This document shows, in pieces, positions 44,290-56,620 of a DNA stretch of 64,000 nucleotides (position 1 is the stretch's first letter; each line of letters starts with the position of its first letter). Under the pieces are notes generated by a model that was not told where the DNA came from, searched no databases, and saw only the letters and a list, made by a program, of their open reading frames with translations. The DNA comes from the human T2T-CHM13v2.0 reference genome, Homo sapiens, in assembly GCF_009914755.1 (NCBI RefSeq), contig NC_060925.1; one strand, given 5' to 3'. The translations under genes and the position numbers were made by a program.

Positions 44290-44829
44290 TTAGAGACATA
44301 GAGATATTATTATATATGCAATGATATGGAGAAAATTATATTCACAGAACTCTTCTCAGGGAGAATATTCTCTCTGTGCTTGGAAAAGAAGACTCTGCTA
44401 AGCCAGTTGTGGAGGTAAAGCCTCAAAGCACATGCTTAAGAAATAATAGGTGGCCTGCTGCCTTGTAAGGAGGCTCAGTCTGGTTCACTGCAGTCCTTTT
44501 GTATTGCTCAGTGGGCTGTGCAAGTTTGGGGGAGAGCTGAACTGTTCAGGACAGAAGAGAAGAGACTGGAATGACTCAGCCTGTTCCATTCCTCCTCCAC
44601 AAGGGGCCTTATCACTACAAGTTTCAGTACCACTCACATTTAATCTTTGTATTGCTTTAGATATGAAGGGTCTCAGGCAAAATCTAATTCCTTTTCTGAA
44701 TTGGGATTCTGATTTGGTGCCTGATTCTCATACTTTCCACAGTTTCAGCTCAAGGCTAGTGCAATAACCCAACCACAAAGGGACCTGGTAAACTTGTCAT
44801 TGTCAGCCTGGAGAAATGACAGACCACTA

Positions 44830-45007
44830 CATGGAACAACTTTCTAAGTGTCAGAACCACCCCAAGAAAGAGTAGGCTGACTTTACAGGTGGTGAGCTCC
44901 CTGTCACTGGAAAAGTTCAAGCAAAAGCTGGATAACTACCTGGTGGAGAGGTTATAGAGGGAAGTCATCCTTGAAGATCTTTCCCAGTCCTGTGTCAGTG
45001 ATTCTGC
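44830..45007 (+). mobile_element. L3/CR1-type (or MIR3) 3' relic
   Basis: ggtggtgagctccctgtcactggaaaagttcaagc...ctggataactacctg...gattctg. Confidence 0.55.
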
Positions 45008-46072
45008 ACTCTCTTTTAGCCTCTCTACTTAGGACGGGCTCCCCCTGCCGAAGCTTCGTGTGCCCTCACCACTCTGAGTATCCATTTCTCTGGCAGAAAA
45101 TACTTTGCTAAATGGCAGCATAAGTCTGCTTTCTCTCTATTTTCCTGTGTGTTTTCCTTCCCCAGTGGCAGGCAATACCTCCCTTGTTCTTTCTGCTCCA
45201 AACACAACTAGGGTTTAGTTTATTTATTTGTTTTTTTTCGAAAGCTTGTTGTCCTCCAAGAAATAAATAAAGATGTTGTAAGTAAACAGAAAAGGCAGGA
45301 ATCCAGGCATCTGCAGTTCCCTCCTCAGGATTTTGTTTCCTGGGGAAATGCCCAGTGGGGATCACTCTAGGGCTGTCCCCAAAGATGTATTATAATAAAC
45401 CACTGAGAGAATAAAGCTTCTGTGTCTCTGCCCTGGTAGCAAAGGCAGACCTACTGCTAAGAAGAGAGATCTTCCTGGCAGAGGACAGCAATGATATAGC
45501 CAGGCTACCCACTCAGAGGAGAACCAAGAGTCTTCAACCCTACTACTATAAGGGATTTAGAACATTTCAAAACTTGTGTAACTTCTCACAAGTTAGTTAG
45601 ATGTATTATCTCCTCTAGATTTTCCAGTAGGGATTACTACTAAAATGTAAATGCCCTACTTACTTGTTTAAAGGGACTAGAAAGCAAAGAGCCAGGAAGG
45701 CAGTGTCTCACTTGAAGGCTAATCTTGGTGGAGAGAATCCCAAGGGACAGAGTGGCAGCTCAAAGACAAACCCTACAGAATGAACTTCAGCGTTCAAGAC
45801 TCGGATTCCTGAATGCAGCATTTGTGAGGAGTGGAATCGCAGACACCTTCTGTTGTATCCACCAAGCCCTTCTTTTCTCTGAAGTGTTCATGACACACTG
45901 GGGGTGGCCCTCAGGCAGCTGTGTCTACACCCTGTAACTCCATCCCCTGGCCATAAATGATTGGACCAGAGAAGAACACTTGACCAGGATGGCCCAAGTC
46001 ATTTGAACCAAGGGACAGGGCTGGGAGCTGATCACTGAGCCACGCTATTAGCAGTGCTCTTGGGCCAACTAA

Positions 46073-46135
46073 CAGCAGGAGCAGCAGCAGCAGCAGGAAG
46101 AGCAGCAGCAGCAGCAGCAGGAGCAGCAGCAGCAG
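46073..46135 (+). repeat. Interrupted CAG trinucleotide repeat, 21 triplets
   Basis: (CAG)2 GAG (CAG)5 GAA GAG (CAG)6 GAG (CAG)4. Confidence 0.95.
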
Positions 46136-46171
46136 TATCACCTGGGAATGTGTTAGAAATGCAAATTCCTA

Positions 46172-46474
46172 GGCAGGGCATGGTGTCTCATGCCTGTAAC
46201 CCCAGCACTTTGGGAGGCCGAGGCGGGTGGATCACGAGGTCAAGAGATCAAGACCATCTTGGCCAGCAAGGTGAAACCCCATCTCTACTAAAAATACAAA
46301 TATTAGCTGGGCATGGTGGCACGTGCCTGTAGTCCCAGCTACTCAGGAAGCCAAGGCAGGAGAATCACTTGAACCCATGAGTTGGAGGTTGCAGTGAGCC
46401 GAGATCAACTGCACTTCGGCCTGGCGACAGAGCAAGACTCTGTCTCAAAAAAAAAAAAAAAAAAAAAAAAAAAA
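46172..46474 (+). mobile_element. AluSc
   Basis: ggatcacgaggtcaagagatcaagaccatc, with TSD gcaaattcct at 46161-46170 and 46475-46484. Confidence 0.85.
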
Positions 46475-46939
46475 GCAAATTCCTGCTAGAGGTGGGGCCC
46501 AGGAGTCCTCCTGGTGATTCTGATGCTACTGAAGTTAAAGAAGCTTTGCCCTAGAGGGAAGGAAGTCTATGAACTCCTACTGCTAAGTTCCTCCCTCAGC
46601 TAGGTTATTCAATTGTTTCTTTGAATTCCATGAGACACTAGAACATATTTCTAATAAATCAAATATAATATACCTTAAGCTACTTCCAATTGGTTTCTAT
46701 TACTTGCATCCAAGAGAACCTTAACTAACACAGCTCGTTGAGCCTGAGATACCAGAAGTAGACTGCTCCATCCCCCAAGTCACCACCACCCTCTCTTCAT
46801 GCTGGACCTCAAAGAAAGGAGGGCCACAGCCAGGTCACCTCTCGCTCCTCTGGTGAGAATCACCCTAATCCCTCCTTTCGCTCCTTTCCCCCCTACAGTT
46901 CTTTGGATTTGCCCTTGTATTAATTTGTTTTTCAGCTCA

Positions 46940-47225
46940 CTTTTTAAATTGACAAATAATAATTGTTTCTATTTCTAGGGTACAACATGATGTTTCAATG
47001 CATGTATATATTGTGAAATTATCAAATCAGGCTAATTAACATATCCATCCCTTCACATACTCATTATTTCTTTGTGGTGAGAACACTTGAAATCCAGTCT
47101 TTTAGCAATTTTGAAATACATATTATTATTAACTCTAGCCATCATGCTGTACAATAGATCAGAGAACTTACTCCTCCTAAATGAAACTTTGTACCCTTTG
47201 ATCAATATTTCCCCTCTCCCCAGAT
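46940..47225 (-). mobile_element. L1MA 3' fragment
   Basis: gggtacaacatgatgttt...caaatcaggctaattaacatatccatc...gtggtgagaacac. Confidence 0.75.
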
Positions 47226-47600
47226 CCTTTACTTATCATATCAACCTATAAGCTAACAAGTTGCTATAATGCCTTGATTATTCCCCTTTTGGTCAGTGCT
47301 ATAACTACCCTCTCTGTCTCCATAGCAGAGGTATCCACCCCCCTTTTTCCCAAGGATACATTTCTCCTCCATTTCCTTTGAGGGAGGTAGAAAGCTTCTC
47401 ACAGTAGCAACCAGGATTATATGATTAGTATAGACAACATTCAGACACCAACCAAAGCTGCCTGGCTCTAAAACCCATACTCATTCCACTGTACCACTGT
47501 GTTTCACCTGCAAACCATCTCCTTAAGCCCACGTGCCCCTGAGTGAGGAGGGAGCAGCTGAGCTGAGAACCTCCCCGCCATCCCCCCATCCAAACTGAGT

Positions 47601-47912
47601 AAGTTATGCATCACTTAAGACCAGGATACATTTGAGAGACGGGTCATTTGGGCAATTTCGTTGTTGTGCAGACATCACAGAGAATATTTACACAAACCTA
47701 GATGATATAGCCTACTACACACCCAGGCTATATGGTATAACCTGTTGCTCCCAGGCTAAAACCTGCACAACATGTTAGTGCACTGAATACTGCAGGCAAC
47801 TGTAACACAATGGCAAGTAAACATAGCAAAGGTACAGTAAAAAGATAGTATTATCATCTTTTGGGACACGTGATCCAACATTGACCAAAATGTCATTAAG
47901 TGAATTATGACT
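47601..47912 (+). mobile_element. Tigger3a (MER7A)-like MITE
   Basis: cacaaacctagatgatatagcctactacacacccaggctatatggtata, with degenerate TIRs gttatgcatcacttaa / ttaagtgaattatgac. Confidence 0.75.
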
Positions 47913-48049
47913 ATATTGTGCTCTGCAAAGCAACAGATTTTACCCTTCATTTTACTACCTTGTTTTATGGGTATGTGTGTGTGCACGCATGTGTGTGTGT
48001 TAACAAGTTCAGTTCCAAACAGCTGTTTGTAAGTCTGCTTGTTTGCAAC

Positions 48050-48780
48050 TGCAAAGAACCTCATGAAGGTTAAGCTTGTAATCCCCAGGCCCATTTCCAC
48101 TAGATAGACGAGTGAGTTGATGCTTCACATAATATGTTTTGCTCTGATGTGTTTTTTTCCAAAACAGCCCTATATCTCCCACTTTTAAAATCTGTTAAGG
48201 CAAGTAAATCTCCTCCTTAAAGCTCTCTACAGAGAAAGTCTTAGCAGCTACAGTGTCAACATCTCTTTGACCTTGTATAGACTTTAGGGGCCCTGAGCCT
48301 GAAAAACCATTTATGGCTTGCAACAAGCAACAGTTCACCGTGGCCTTTAAGTTCTCAAACAGACTCCTACCCTTTCCTGAACTCATATTAGGCTAATGAG
48401 GCTCCACTGATACTTCTCCTCTCTAGCCATACACTCAAAAGTTTTTCTCCTTTTTTGATTTTTGGCAATTGCTTCTCATTATGTTTTGCTGATTATTGTC
48501 AATAGCATGGGTGCAGCATTTTTTTACATGTTGCTTGATTTACTCTCTATCCTTCACAATCATGACACTGTAAAAAAAAAAAAATAAAGTATCCCATTTC
48601 ACTTACAACATCCATTTTCTCACCACTTTCAATTTTTGAAATTATTATTCCACTTTGGATTCCATCATAACCATATGTCTCTTCTAACCAGCATTTTCAA
48701 TAAGCTCACTCGCCACTTCTCCACTTCTCCACTTATTGTTGGTCATGACGATAACAACATTTGTAAAATAGCTTCAGTGT
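48050..48780 (-). mobile_element. Degenerate Tigger/pogo transposase coding relic
   Basis: Minus-strand peptide remnants KLLSVWLE, RSLFENLK, DTVAAKTF, YLP..IF...GLFWK and GNGPGDYKL resemble the CENP-B HTH and the start of the DDE domain. Many stops and frameshifts. Confidence 0.65.
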
Positions 48781-48883
48781 AACACAAACAGTGCAAACAT
48801 TCCCCAACAAATCAGGTGATAACCAGTCACAATTGCTACCGCCATGTGTTGGTAGCAGGAAGAGCTAAAATGCTTTTGCCACG

Positions 48884-49085
48884 GAGCAGCGGTCAACAGG
48901 CTCTAGGTATCTGTAAATAAAGTTTTATTGAAACACATCCATGTCTATTTATTTAAGTATTGTCTATGTCAGCTTTTGAGCTACAGTGGCAGAGTGGAGT
49001 AGTTGTGACTGAAACCGTATGGTCCTCAACACCAAAAGTATTTATGATCTGGACCTTTACAGAAAGAATTTGCCAACCCCTGCTC
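48884..49085. mobile_element. MER58A-like hAT MITE
   Basis: tgtaaataaagttttattg...gtagttgtgac...ggacctttacagaaagaatttgccaacccctg. Confidence 0.75.
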
Positions 49086-49149
49086 TGGAGTGTTTATAAA
49101 AATTAATAAACATAAGTTTGCAAACAGAGAAATATACAGCTTGAGTCTA

Positions 49150-49451
49150 CACATGTCTCAGTGTTGTGGGAGGGACCCAAGGGGAGGTAATTGAATCATG
49201 GGGGCCAGTCTTTCCTGTGCTACTGTCGTGATAGTGAATAAGTCTCATGAGATCTGATGGGTTTATCAGGGGTTTCTGCTTTTGCTTCTTCCTCATTTTT
49301 TCTCTTGTTGCCACAATGTAGGAAATACCTCTCACCCCTGCCATGATTCTGAGGCCTCCCCAGCCATGTGGAACTGTAATTCCAATTAAACCTCTTTTTC
49401 TTCCCAGGCTCGGATATGTCTTTATCAGCAGCATGAAAAGGGACTAATACA
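49150..49451 (+). mobile_element. THE1A-like MaLR LTR, 5' end missing
   Basis: gggaggtaattgaatcatggggg...ggggtttctgcttttgcttcttcctcatt...gactaataca. Confidence 0.8.
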
Positions 49452-49669
49452 CTCAGATAGATGGCCCTTGTGAAGCTCATTTGCATGAGACCTGAGAGCC
49501 TTTTGAGAGAATTTATCCTAAGTAAAGGAGGGATCAAACTCAAATAACCTGACCCAGCTGGATAGTTTAATCAATGAAAGGAAATTTCTCATTACTACCT
49601 GATGGCTTAAGTCCAACTCATCTTAGTCTATTTCCATAGACACGCGTCTGGATCTTAGAGTGGAGTGAG

Positions 49670-50055
49670 CTTACCTCAGTCAACTATGGCCTCAATAATG
49701 CTGCATAACAAACCATCCAAAACTTGGTGGCATACAACAGTCAGCATTTACTCCCTACTCTGGCATCTGCAGGTCTACTGGGGAGGCTCTGCCTCAAGCC
49801 ATAGGCCTGCTGTATCTGGCTTTGTTCCCCAGGTTTCTCGATCTGGAGGGCATGTTCTTCTCCCAGCAATGGCAAAGGCCCAAGAAGGCAGCAAGTCCAA
49901 CTGCGCAAGCACATTCCAAGCTTTTGCTTGCTTTGTAACTGCTAATGTCCCATTAGCCCAAGCAAGTCACGCGGCCAAGCTCAGCATTAATGGTTGGGAA
50001 GTACATTTCTCTCCTAGAGGTTTGGGGAGAGAAAATGAATATTTGCTGAACAATA
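49670..50055 (-). mobile_element. MLT1J-like MaLR LTR
   Basis: ataatgctgcataacaaaccatccaaaact...ctaatgtcccattagcccaagcaagtcac. Confidence 0.6.
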
Positions 50056-50078
50056 AAATACCTAAGTAAAGACAGGAG

Positions 50079-50340
50079 GCTTTGGGAGGCCGAGGCGGGC
50101 AGATCACGAGGTCAGGAGATCGAGACCATCCTGGTTAACACGGTGAAACCCTGTCTCTACTAAAAATACAAAAAATTAGCCAGGCAAGGTGGCGGACGCC
50201 TGTAGTCCCAGCTACTCAGGAGGCTGAGGCAGGAGAATGGCGTGAACCCGGGGGCGGCAGAGCCTGCAGTGAGCCGAGATCGCGCCACTGCACTCCAGCC
50301 TGGGCAACAGCGAGACTCTGTTTCAAAAAAAAAAAAAAAA
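50079..50340 (+). mobile_element. 5'-truncated AluY, AluYe-like lineage
   Basis: gagaatggcgtgaaccc, ggcaaggtggc, gagcctgcag and caacagcgagact. TSD aaagacaggagg on both sides. Confidence 0.8.
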
Positions 50341-50705
50341 GACAGGAGGGCCTGTGTCATCCAACTTTATAGAAGTTTGGGATGGCTCCAAGATAGTGCA
50401 GCACAAGAGGCGAGAGGCTTCCTCCCTTCTTCTCCACCTACAACAGACCACTATTCAGCTTTGGCCCCCTGAACTGTGTCCCTTGAGAGATGGCAGCAAT
50501 AACAGAGCCCAGTGAAGCAACAGTGGGGCAATAGTGGTGACTGGTGGACACTTCTGGGCCTGGCAGACCAGCAGCAGAGCTCAAAGGGTTGCCCAGGAGT
50601 GCAGAGGGAGAGGCTGCAGTGCCCAGCAGAGCAGCAACAGTGCCCGGAGTTCCCAGCACCTGCAGAGCAGCAATGATGTCTGCAGGGCCATGCCCAGTGG
50701 AGCAG

Positions 50706-50724
50706 CAGCACCCCCTAGAGGGCA
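50706..50724 (-). promoter_or_regulatory. CTCF-like core motif
   Basis: Minus strand TGCCCTCTAGGGGGTGCTG versus consensus TGGCCACCAGGGGGCGCTA. Confidence 0.5.
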
Positions 50725-50985
50725 ACTTGGTGCTCACTGAAACAGCAGCATATGTGTCCAGAAGTGCCAGAGACGTCCCAGGGATTCTTGGGAAACTGCG
50801 AGATTTTTCAGAGGGTGGTAAGGTGGGGACACAAGACAGTGAAATTTGAGCCATTTCTGTTACCCATGATTTCATTGATACCCATGGACTAGTGGATCCT
50901 GGGGAAATTTCTATTATATAAAGTGGGATATCTAACCCTGAATCCCAGACCCCCTCAGAGCGGAGAACAGGTTCCCCAAAATACA

Positions 50986-51045
50986 TACACACACACACAC
51001 ACACACACGAACACACACATACAGAGGGAGGGAGAGAGAGAGAGC
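50986..51045 (+). repeat. Compound (CA)n/(GA)n microsatellite
   Basis: Read directly from the sequence. Confidence 0.9.
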
Positions 51046-52668
51046 ACAAATACCCTTAGATCCCACCCATCAGAAAGAAACAGGAGCCTTAGCTTCTCCT
51101 AGCATCCCCTTCCTTCTTCCCATAGACTCATCAAATATAGATTTCTACCTATTCTAACCAAGACAGGCCAGTGATCTGTAACTAATCCTGTGCCTGGAGG
51201 GCAGAGCAGCCTCAATTCTGGGGTCTCAGGAGAAGAACATTGGAATGGCCTCTTTGTGGGGAAGCTCCTCCCTGCTCTCCATCTGTCCAGCCCCACCAAG
51301 CCCTGTAGCTGGTGATCATTAAGCAGTAAAGGCATCCCTAATGGTGGCTAATGGCGGGCTTAAGTACTAGTTACCTGAAAGAACCCCTGGGGTTGGCTCA
51401 CTTACTGTATTGAGTGATCCTGCAGACCCACAGAGCCACTCTTTCTAATGAGGAGAGCGACTGAATGCTGAATTCAAGCCCAGAAAATGGCTGGGGAGAG
51501 AAGGGGAGCCTGCCAAGGCCCTCTATAAGGGTCCAATGTGAAAGCACAGCCCTCCTCTTGCTGTTCCTCTGTGGCTCCAGTTGCCCAGGCTGCCCTGAAG
51601 GGGTTGAATAGGGAATATGGCATTAATAGTTAGCAGCTGAGGCTTTCAGGCCAGCCCCAACTTTCACCTCCACTCTATCTCAGTCACCAATCCCATGACA
51701 ACAGCCTGGAGCCCTTGCTTCCCCAGAGCTGCCCTGCTTCAAAAATCCATTCTGCGTCTGGTTGCCTGCCTTCCAGGCTCCTCCCACCTGCCTCCCACCA
51801 CTCCTGCCTTTCCTTGCATATTCTCTATACCAGTCATGACCACACATTTCTCCCAAGTGTTCAAGCCACAAACTTAGATATCCGTCCTCTCCTTTGAATC
51901 TATCACCAAATCCTACGATTCTTCCTTCTAAATGTCTCTTAATTCTACCCAGCCCTCTCTATCTTCCTTGGGCAACTTCCCATCATCTCTCACTTGGCCC
52001 ACTTTGGTGGACCTCAATGGCAAGGACCCTGTTGTATCCATCTTTGTATCTCAAATGTTGGACCCAGGCCTGGCACAAGATAAGAAATCCTGAAATTCTT
52101 ATCAAATGAATGGGCCAAAACATATTCATGGCATTGTTCTCAGTTTGCGTCCCTTCCCCAGTACTAGCTGTATGTACTTGGACTGGTCACTTGTCTGCTC
52201 TCAGCCTCTGAATCTCCACCTGATACGCAGAGAATTCAATCTCAAGTAGAATTGTTGTAGAGATAGAAGTAAATAATACTATAATAGAAGGAATTCGTTA
52301 CGTTAATAACAAAATGAGAAACAATGACTTAAGCCAAGCAGGGCTTTTCTTTCTTCTCTGGTAAGAAGAAAGCCTCTAGAAGATGTTGTTGCTATGTTGG
52401 CCCAAAGGCACAGGGACATCTAGGCCAAGACTTCTACCACATTCTTAGCCTTTTCCTTATGATTAACTTGTGGTTGCAAAATGGCAGCTGTGCCTCCAAC
52501 ATCAGCCCACATTCCAGGTAGAAAGAAGGGGAAATGCCACGGGCAATGAACAAAAGGAGTTCATACTAACTGAATCTGCCATTTTTAAAGAACTCCATGC
52601 AGTTTCAATTTGGCCAAAAAATAAAGCTTTGGACCAGACATCAAATATCTGCCTCAATGGCTGTATCA

Positions 52669-52881
<213 letters not shown>

Positions 52882-53147
52882 TTACAAAATTATTAGGAGG
52901 CTAAGGTACAAGGGTTGGAAAATAAGCAAGAACCAAGGGCTCCCCCAAGGGCCAAAACACAGGAAATGATCTGGCTAGGATGCTATGGTCACTGCAGAAG
53001 AAGGACACTGACATTAGCCACAATTGCTGTTGCCACTGGGCACTACCATGGTTACCACAAATGAATTCCCAACCATTGGTGGGGGTTTTTGCATTACATG
53101 CTCCAGACTGAAAGTCCTGGGCAGCACAACCAATTGGCCAAGCTCAG

Positions 53148-53640
53148 TGTATCAATCAGGGTCCTGGCAGGAATTGGGAAGGGTTTGAGAAGAGTTTAAT
53201 AAAGGGGCCATTTACAAAGGTGAGAGGAGGGTATAAGGAAACCAAAAGAATGGTTCAGCATTCTGGAGTTTGTAGTAGCAAAGTGCCATGATTGCCCACC
53301 CACAGGAGGCAAGGAACAGAGTGGTTACTGGAACCCAGAAAGAAAAGAAAGTTTTGCAGAGAGGGAGGGCCACCTACAGGAGCTGTAACTTTTCGTGGAG
53401 GGACACAGTCAGTCAGCCTAAGGTGACCTGCAGGGAAAGATCTAGGAAAATCAATGCCCTGACCTCACTCTTCCTTCTTTCTAACCTCCTACAACACTCC
53501 TCTTTGACCACACCCACCTGAAACCCAAAGGACAAGGAGCTCTTTGATCTAGTGGGGAAAGGCCAGCCCCTGGGGACACAGAACAGAGTGGAGAATGGTG
53601 GCAAAAGGATCTGAAGAAGCCAATAACAATATCTAGCACA
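53148..53640 (-). mobile_element. LTR33-like 3' LTR of an ERV-L relic
   Basis: Plus strand tgtatcaatcagggtcctggcaggaa...ctagcaca. The ERV-L-type PPT aaaaagggtggc lies immediately upstream on the minus strand. Confidence 0.65.
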
Positions 53641-55650
53641 AGCCACCCTTTTTACATCTCAGCATCTACTTTGGTCATTCCTCTGGGTAAAAAGCTCATG
53701 TCTTCAATACAGAGAACACACAAAGTCCATCTCTTCTGTATCATTACAAGGTAATGTCAATTCAGTCAAACTCTCTACTGAAACCTAAAAGAGGAATACC
53801 ACCAGTATTCTTCATATAAGGTAGTAGAGGAGGAGAAAAAGAGAAAACTGCCGTAAAGCTTAGCTGCTACTCTCCATGCTTTTATAGCTGAACATGAGAC
53901 ATAAGTAGGTAATCCATAGTGCCCTCTTCTACTGCCAAATCTACGTACCCCTTGGCCTCTTGGAATGCCCGATGGGGTGACCTAATCCTTCATTCTTGTG
54001 AGATCTGAGTCCTCTGCAGTCTTGTCTTTATTGGGTTGCCACAGTTTTCCACTGGTCAGGACTATTGCACAGGTGAGTACTAACAGATGTTCCAGTGGCC
54101 CTGTGGTTCCAAGCAGGGTACTTCTTGCCCCTCTTGTGTGGCAACAAACCAATTTCCCCTGGCAGCCAGGATCAACTATCCTGGTCAGCACAGAGATGCC
54201 CCCTTCAGCCTGGTGGTTCAGCCACACAAGGATCCCAGAATGGCCAGGGGACTATCTCAGCTTCTAATTACTGGGAAGCCCAAGGTCAAGGAAACAGCAA
54301 GTGAAAGAATCTTCAAGTAGGTTACTGAGTGTAATTGTGAAAAAAACTACTTCCACCTCTTCCTTGGGGCCCAGATCCATTCACTTTGGCTATGGAACAG
54401 CACCAGACATTGACTACTGGTTTAAGACATACACCATACCCTGCAGAATCCAACCTCATCTTCGCAGATGCTATTCATCAATTGAGGCTATTCAGTTGTA
54501 ACTGAACTTTCAGCAGACCTCTCCTTCACCTTATCAAGCCAGTTTCTTCTGGGTGATGGGGCATGTGGTTAGAATAGTGTGCGTGGTCTTTAGTTCAGTA
54601 CCTTACTCCTTTGCCTTAAAAAGTTTGCCCTGGTTGGAAGTATTACTGTGTGGATATCAAGGGGATGATAAGTCCAGAAATGATGGTTCTGGACTTCAGC
54701 TGGTGCTGTAGGCAGGAAAAGAAAGCCTATATTTGATGTACAACCTACTCAGCCATGCCCAAACAATGTACCATGGGAGGGCTTTGTTTCACGGAAGTAT
54801 TAGGAAATGCATTGGCAAGGAGGCAGAAGATTCATGGAAATCACTGGGCTTATCACCTGCCCCATTTCCCAGAAGGAGCTGGCCTGATAGGAAGGTAAAA
54901 CAGTCTGCTGAAAGTTCAAAGCAAACGTCTCTGCTTGTGGATTATTATAGAAGTTCCACATTCCTTGTCTCTGATGGTTCGTCACCACCGTCTTGCCTCG
55001 ACAGCACTGGGACCCCATTATACCACAGAGATCAAGGATCCTAGTTCCATCTCCAGCTTACAGATGACTCACTACAGAGCTCTTCAAGGATTCTGGTACC
55101 TATTGTCAATGCATTTTTCAACATCTTGGTGCACCCTCCACCCCCATGGTGTACCCAGGAAGATTTCACAGACTTTCTCCCTGCAGAACTCTTAGATCAT
55201 CAGTACTAGCAGCCAGGGTGACTTCAAGTGGTCATCAAGCACAGACGTGCGTGCACTGCAGGCAAGTCTTACTAGTGTCCTAAGGGGCAAGCCACAGTTC
55301 AACACAATTCCCATCATCACCAATTCCCTCAGGTGAATTGGCCACCATGCCATTTTCCTAGATCACTAGGCAAAGCCACAGTCGGGAACTCAATGACACC
55401 CAAGAGAGATCTCCGACAGCACAGTTCACAGGGCACATTAACCAGCCCTCCAGGCCATTGGTAAACCACAGCCAATGGCAGCTGTAAATGACTTTGTGTA
55501 CATACATATGTCACACTCAGCACATATAGCCTTTACACACCTCACCCTCATCACACCTGCACCCCTCAGAGGGGTTCCCCAGACAGCACATCATCAGCAA
55601 TTCTACACACAGGCTTATACACAAATACACAGGCACTTGGATCTTTCTTT
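53641..55650 (-). mobile_element. ERV-L internal (pol) relic with RNase H, integrase and dUTPase-like remnants
   Basis: Peptide relics QAEGGISVLTRIVDP (dUTPase-like), HMPHHPEETGLI (integrase) and NGLEGW (RNase H). Confidence 0.65.
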
Positions 55651-55903
55651 GAAATAGAGTTGTGCCACAGAAAACACTTTAAGCCGTCTGCTTAGAGAAC
55701 TCAGAGATCTTGTGTGGGAGGCACGTCAGGGGCTGGGTGAGGGGAGGAATCTTGAAACCAGACATAAACGGAGTGGAGGCAGGCAGGTTTACCCTGAAGT
55801 TGTTTTATGTCTCTCACAATGGCTACCAACATCTCAGAAGTCAGGAAATTGAAAAGTGAGCATCTCATGCTATCCACTTAGCGGAGCGGCTATCTGGAAT
55901 TGA

Positions 55904-55908
<5 letters not shown>

Positions 55909-55960
<52 letters not shown>
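55909..55960 (+). repeat. (GA)26 microsatellite
   Basis: Perfect dinucleotide run. Confidence 0.97.
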
Positions 55961-55965
<5 letters not shown>

Positions 55966-56464
55966 GAATCATTTGTCCTCAGAGAAGGACTAAGAAGGAT
56001 CTGTGCAATGAAGACAGCCCACATCCTAGAGATACCCAGATCTGGGTTACAGCTGCACTAATTAGCTGTGTGAGCTTGGGCAAGTTATCTCACCTCTCTG
56101 AGCTTCAGTTTCCCAGTTCTATAATAGGGTTACCGTGAGAGTTCAATAAGACAACTTTAGGCAGTACCTGGCATTCAGAAAGTGCCATTTCTCTTTTCTT
56201 CCCCCTTCTCATTAGGGAGAATGAGGAACGTGAAGCCTCCAGGGACACTGGGCCTCATACCCCACAATCAGGCACCAAATCCTAGCCACTCTATTGTAAT
56301 TTTATTTCTGTCACTAAAGTGCTTCACCCCTGAATACTGGATCTGAGTTTGACCCAGTATTTGGATATCTGCCAGTTTTTGGCTCCATGCTGGGATTTGG
56401 TTTTCTGCCTTCTCACATGAACTCTTTTTGCTGACTCTGCTTCCTGACTCAACTCCATTCTACC

Positions 56465-56620
56465 ATTTTTCTATTTTTCTCTCTGTTTCTTCCTTCCTCC
56501 CTCCCCCCTTTCCTTCCTTCCTTCCCTCTTTTCTTCTTTCCTTCTTTTCTTTCCCTCCTCTCTCCTTCCTTCTCTCCCTGTCTCCCTCCTTCCTTCCTTC
56601 TCTCCTCTGTCCCTCCTTCC
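56465..56620 (+). repeat. CT-rich low-complexity tract
   Basis: (CCTT)/(CT)-rich pyrimidine strand. Confidence 0.85.

Larger units (their letters stand above)
46052..46555. mobile_element. MER5A (hAT-Charlie) relic carrying a CAG tract and an AluSc, inside an LTR16-like relic
   Basis: atcacctgggaatgtgttagaaatgcaaattc...ggtggggcccagg...ggtgattctgatgc. Confidence 0.7.

Noticed and set aside
45911-46332. Poly-Leu signal-peptide-like and poly-Ala ORFs
   Set aside because: Alternative frames of the CAG tract within MER5A and Alu.
48050-48780. Possible domesticated TIGD-like gene
   Set aside because: Many stops and frameshifts; the longest ORF is only 63 aa.
50438-51049. 203-aa minus-strand ORF
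   Set aside because: It starts in a microsatellite and runs through low-complexity GCA-rich sequence with no recognisable domain.
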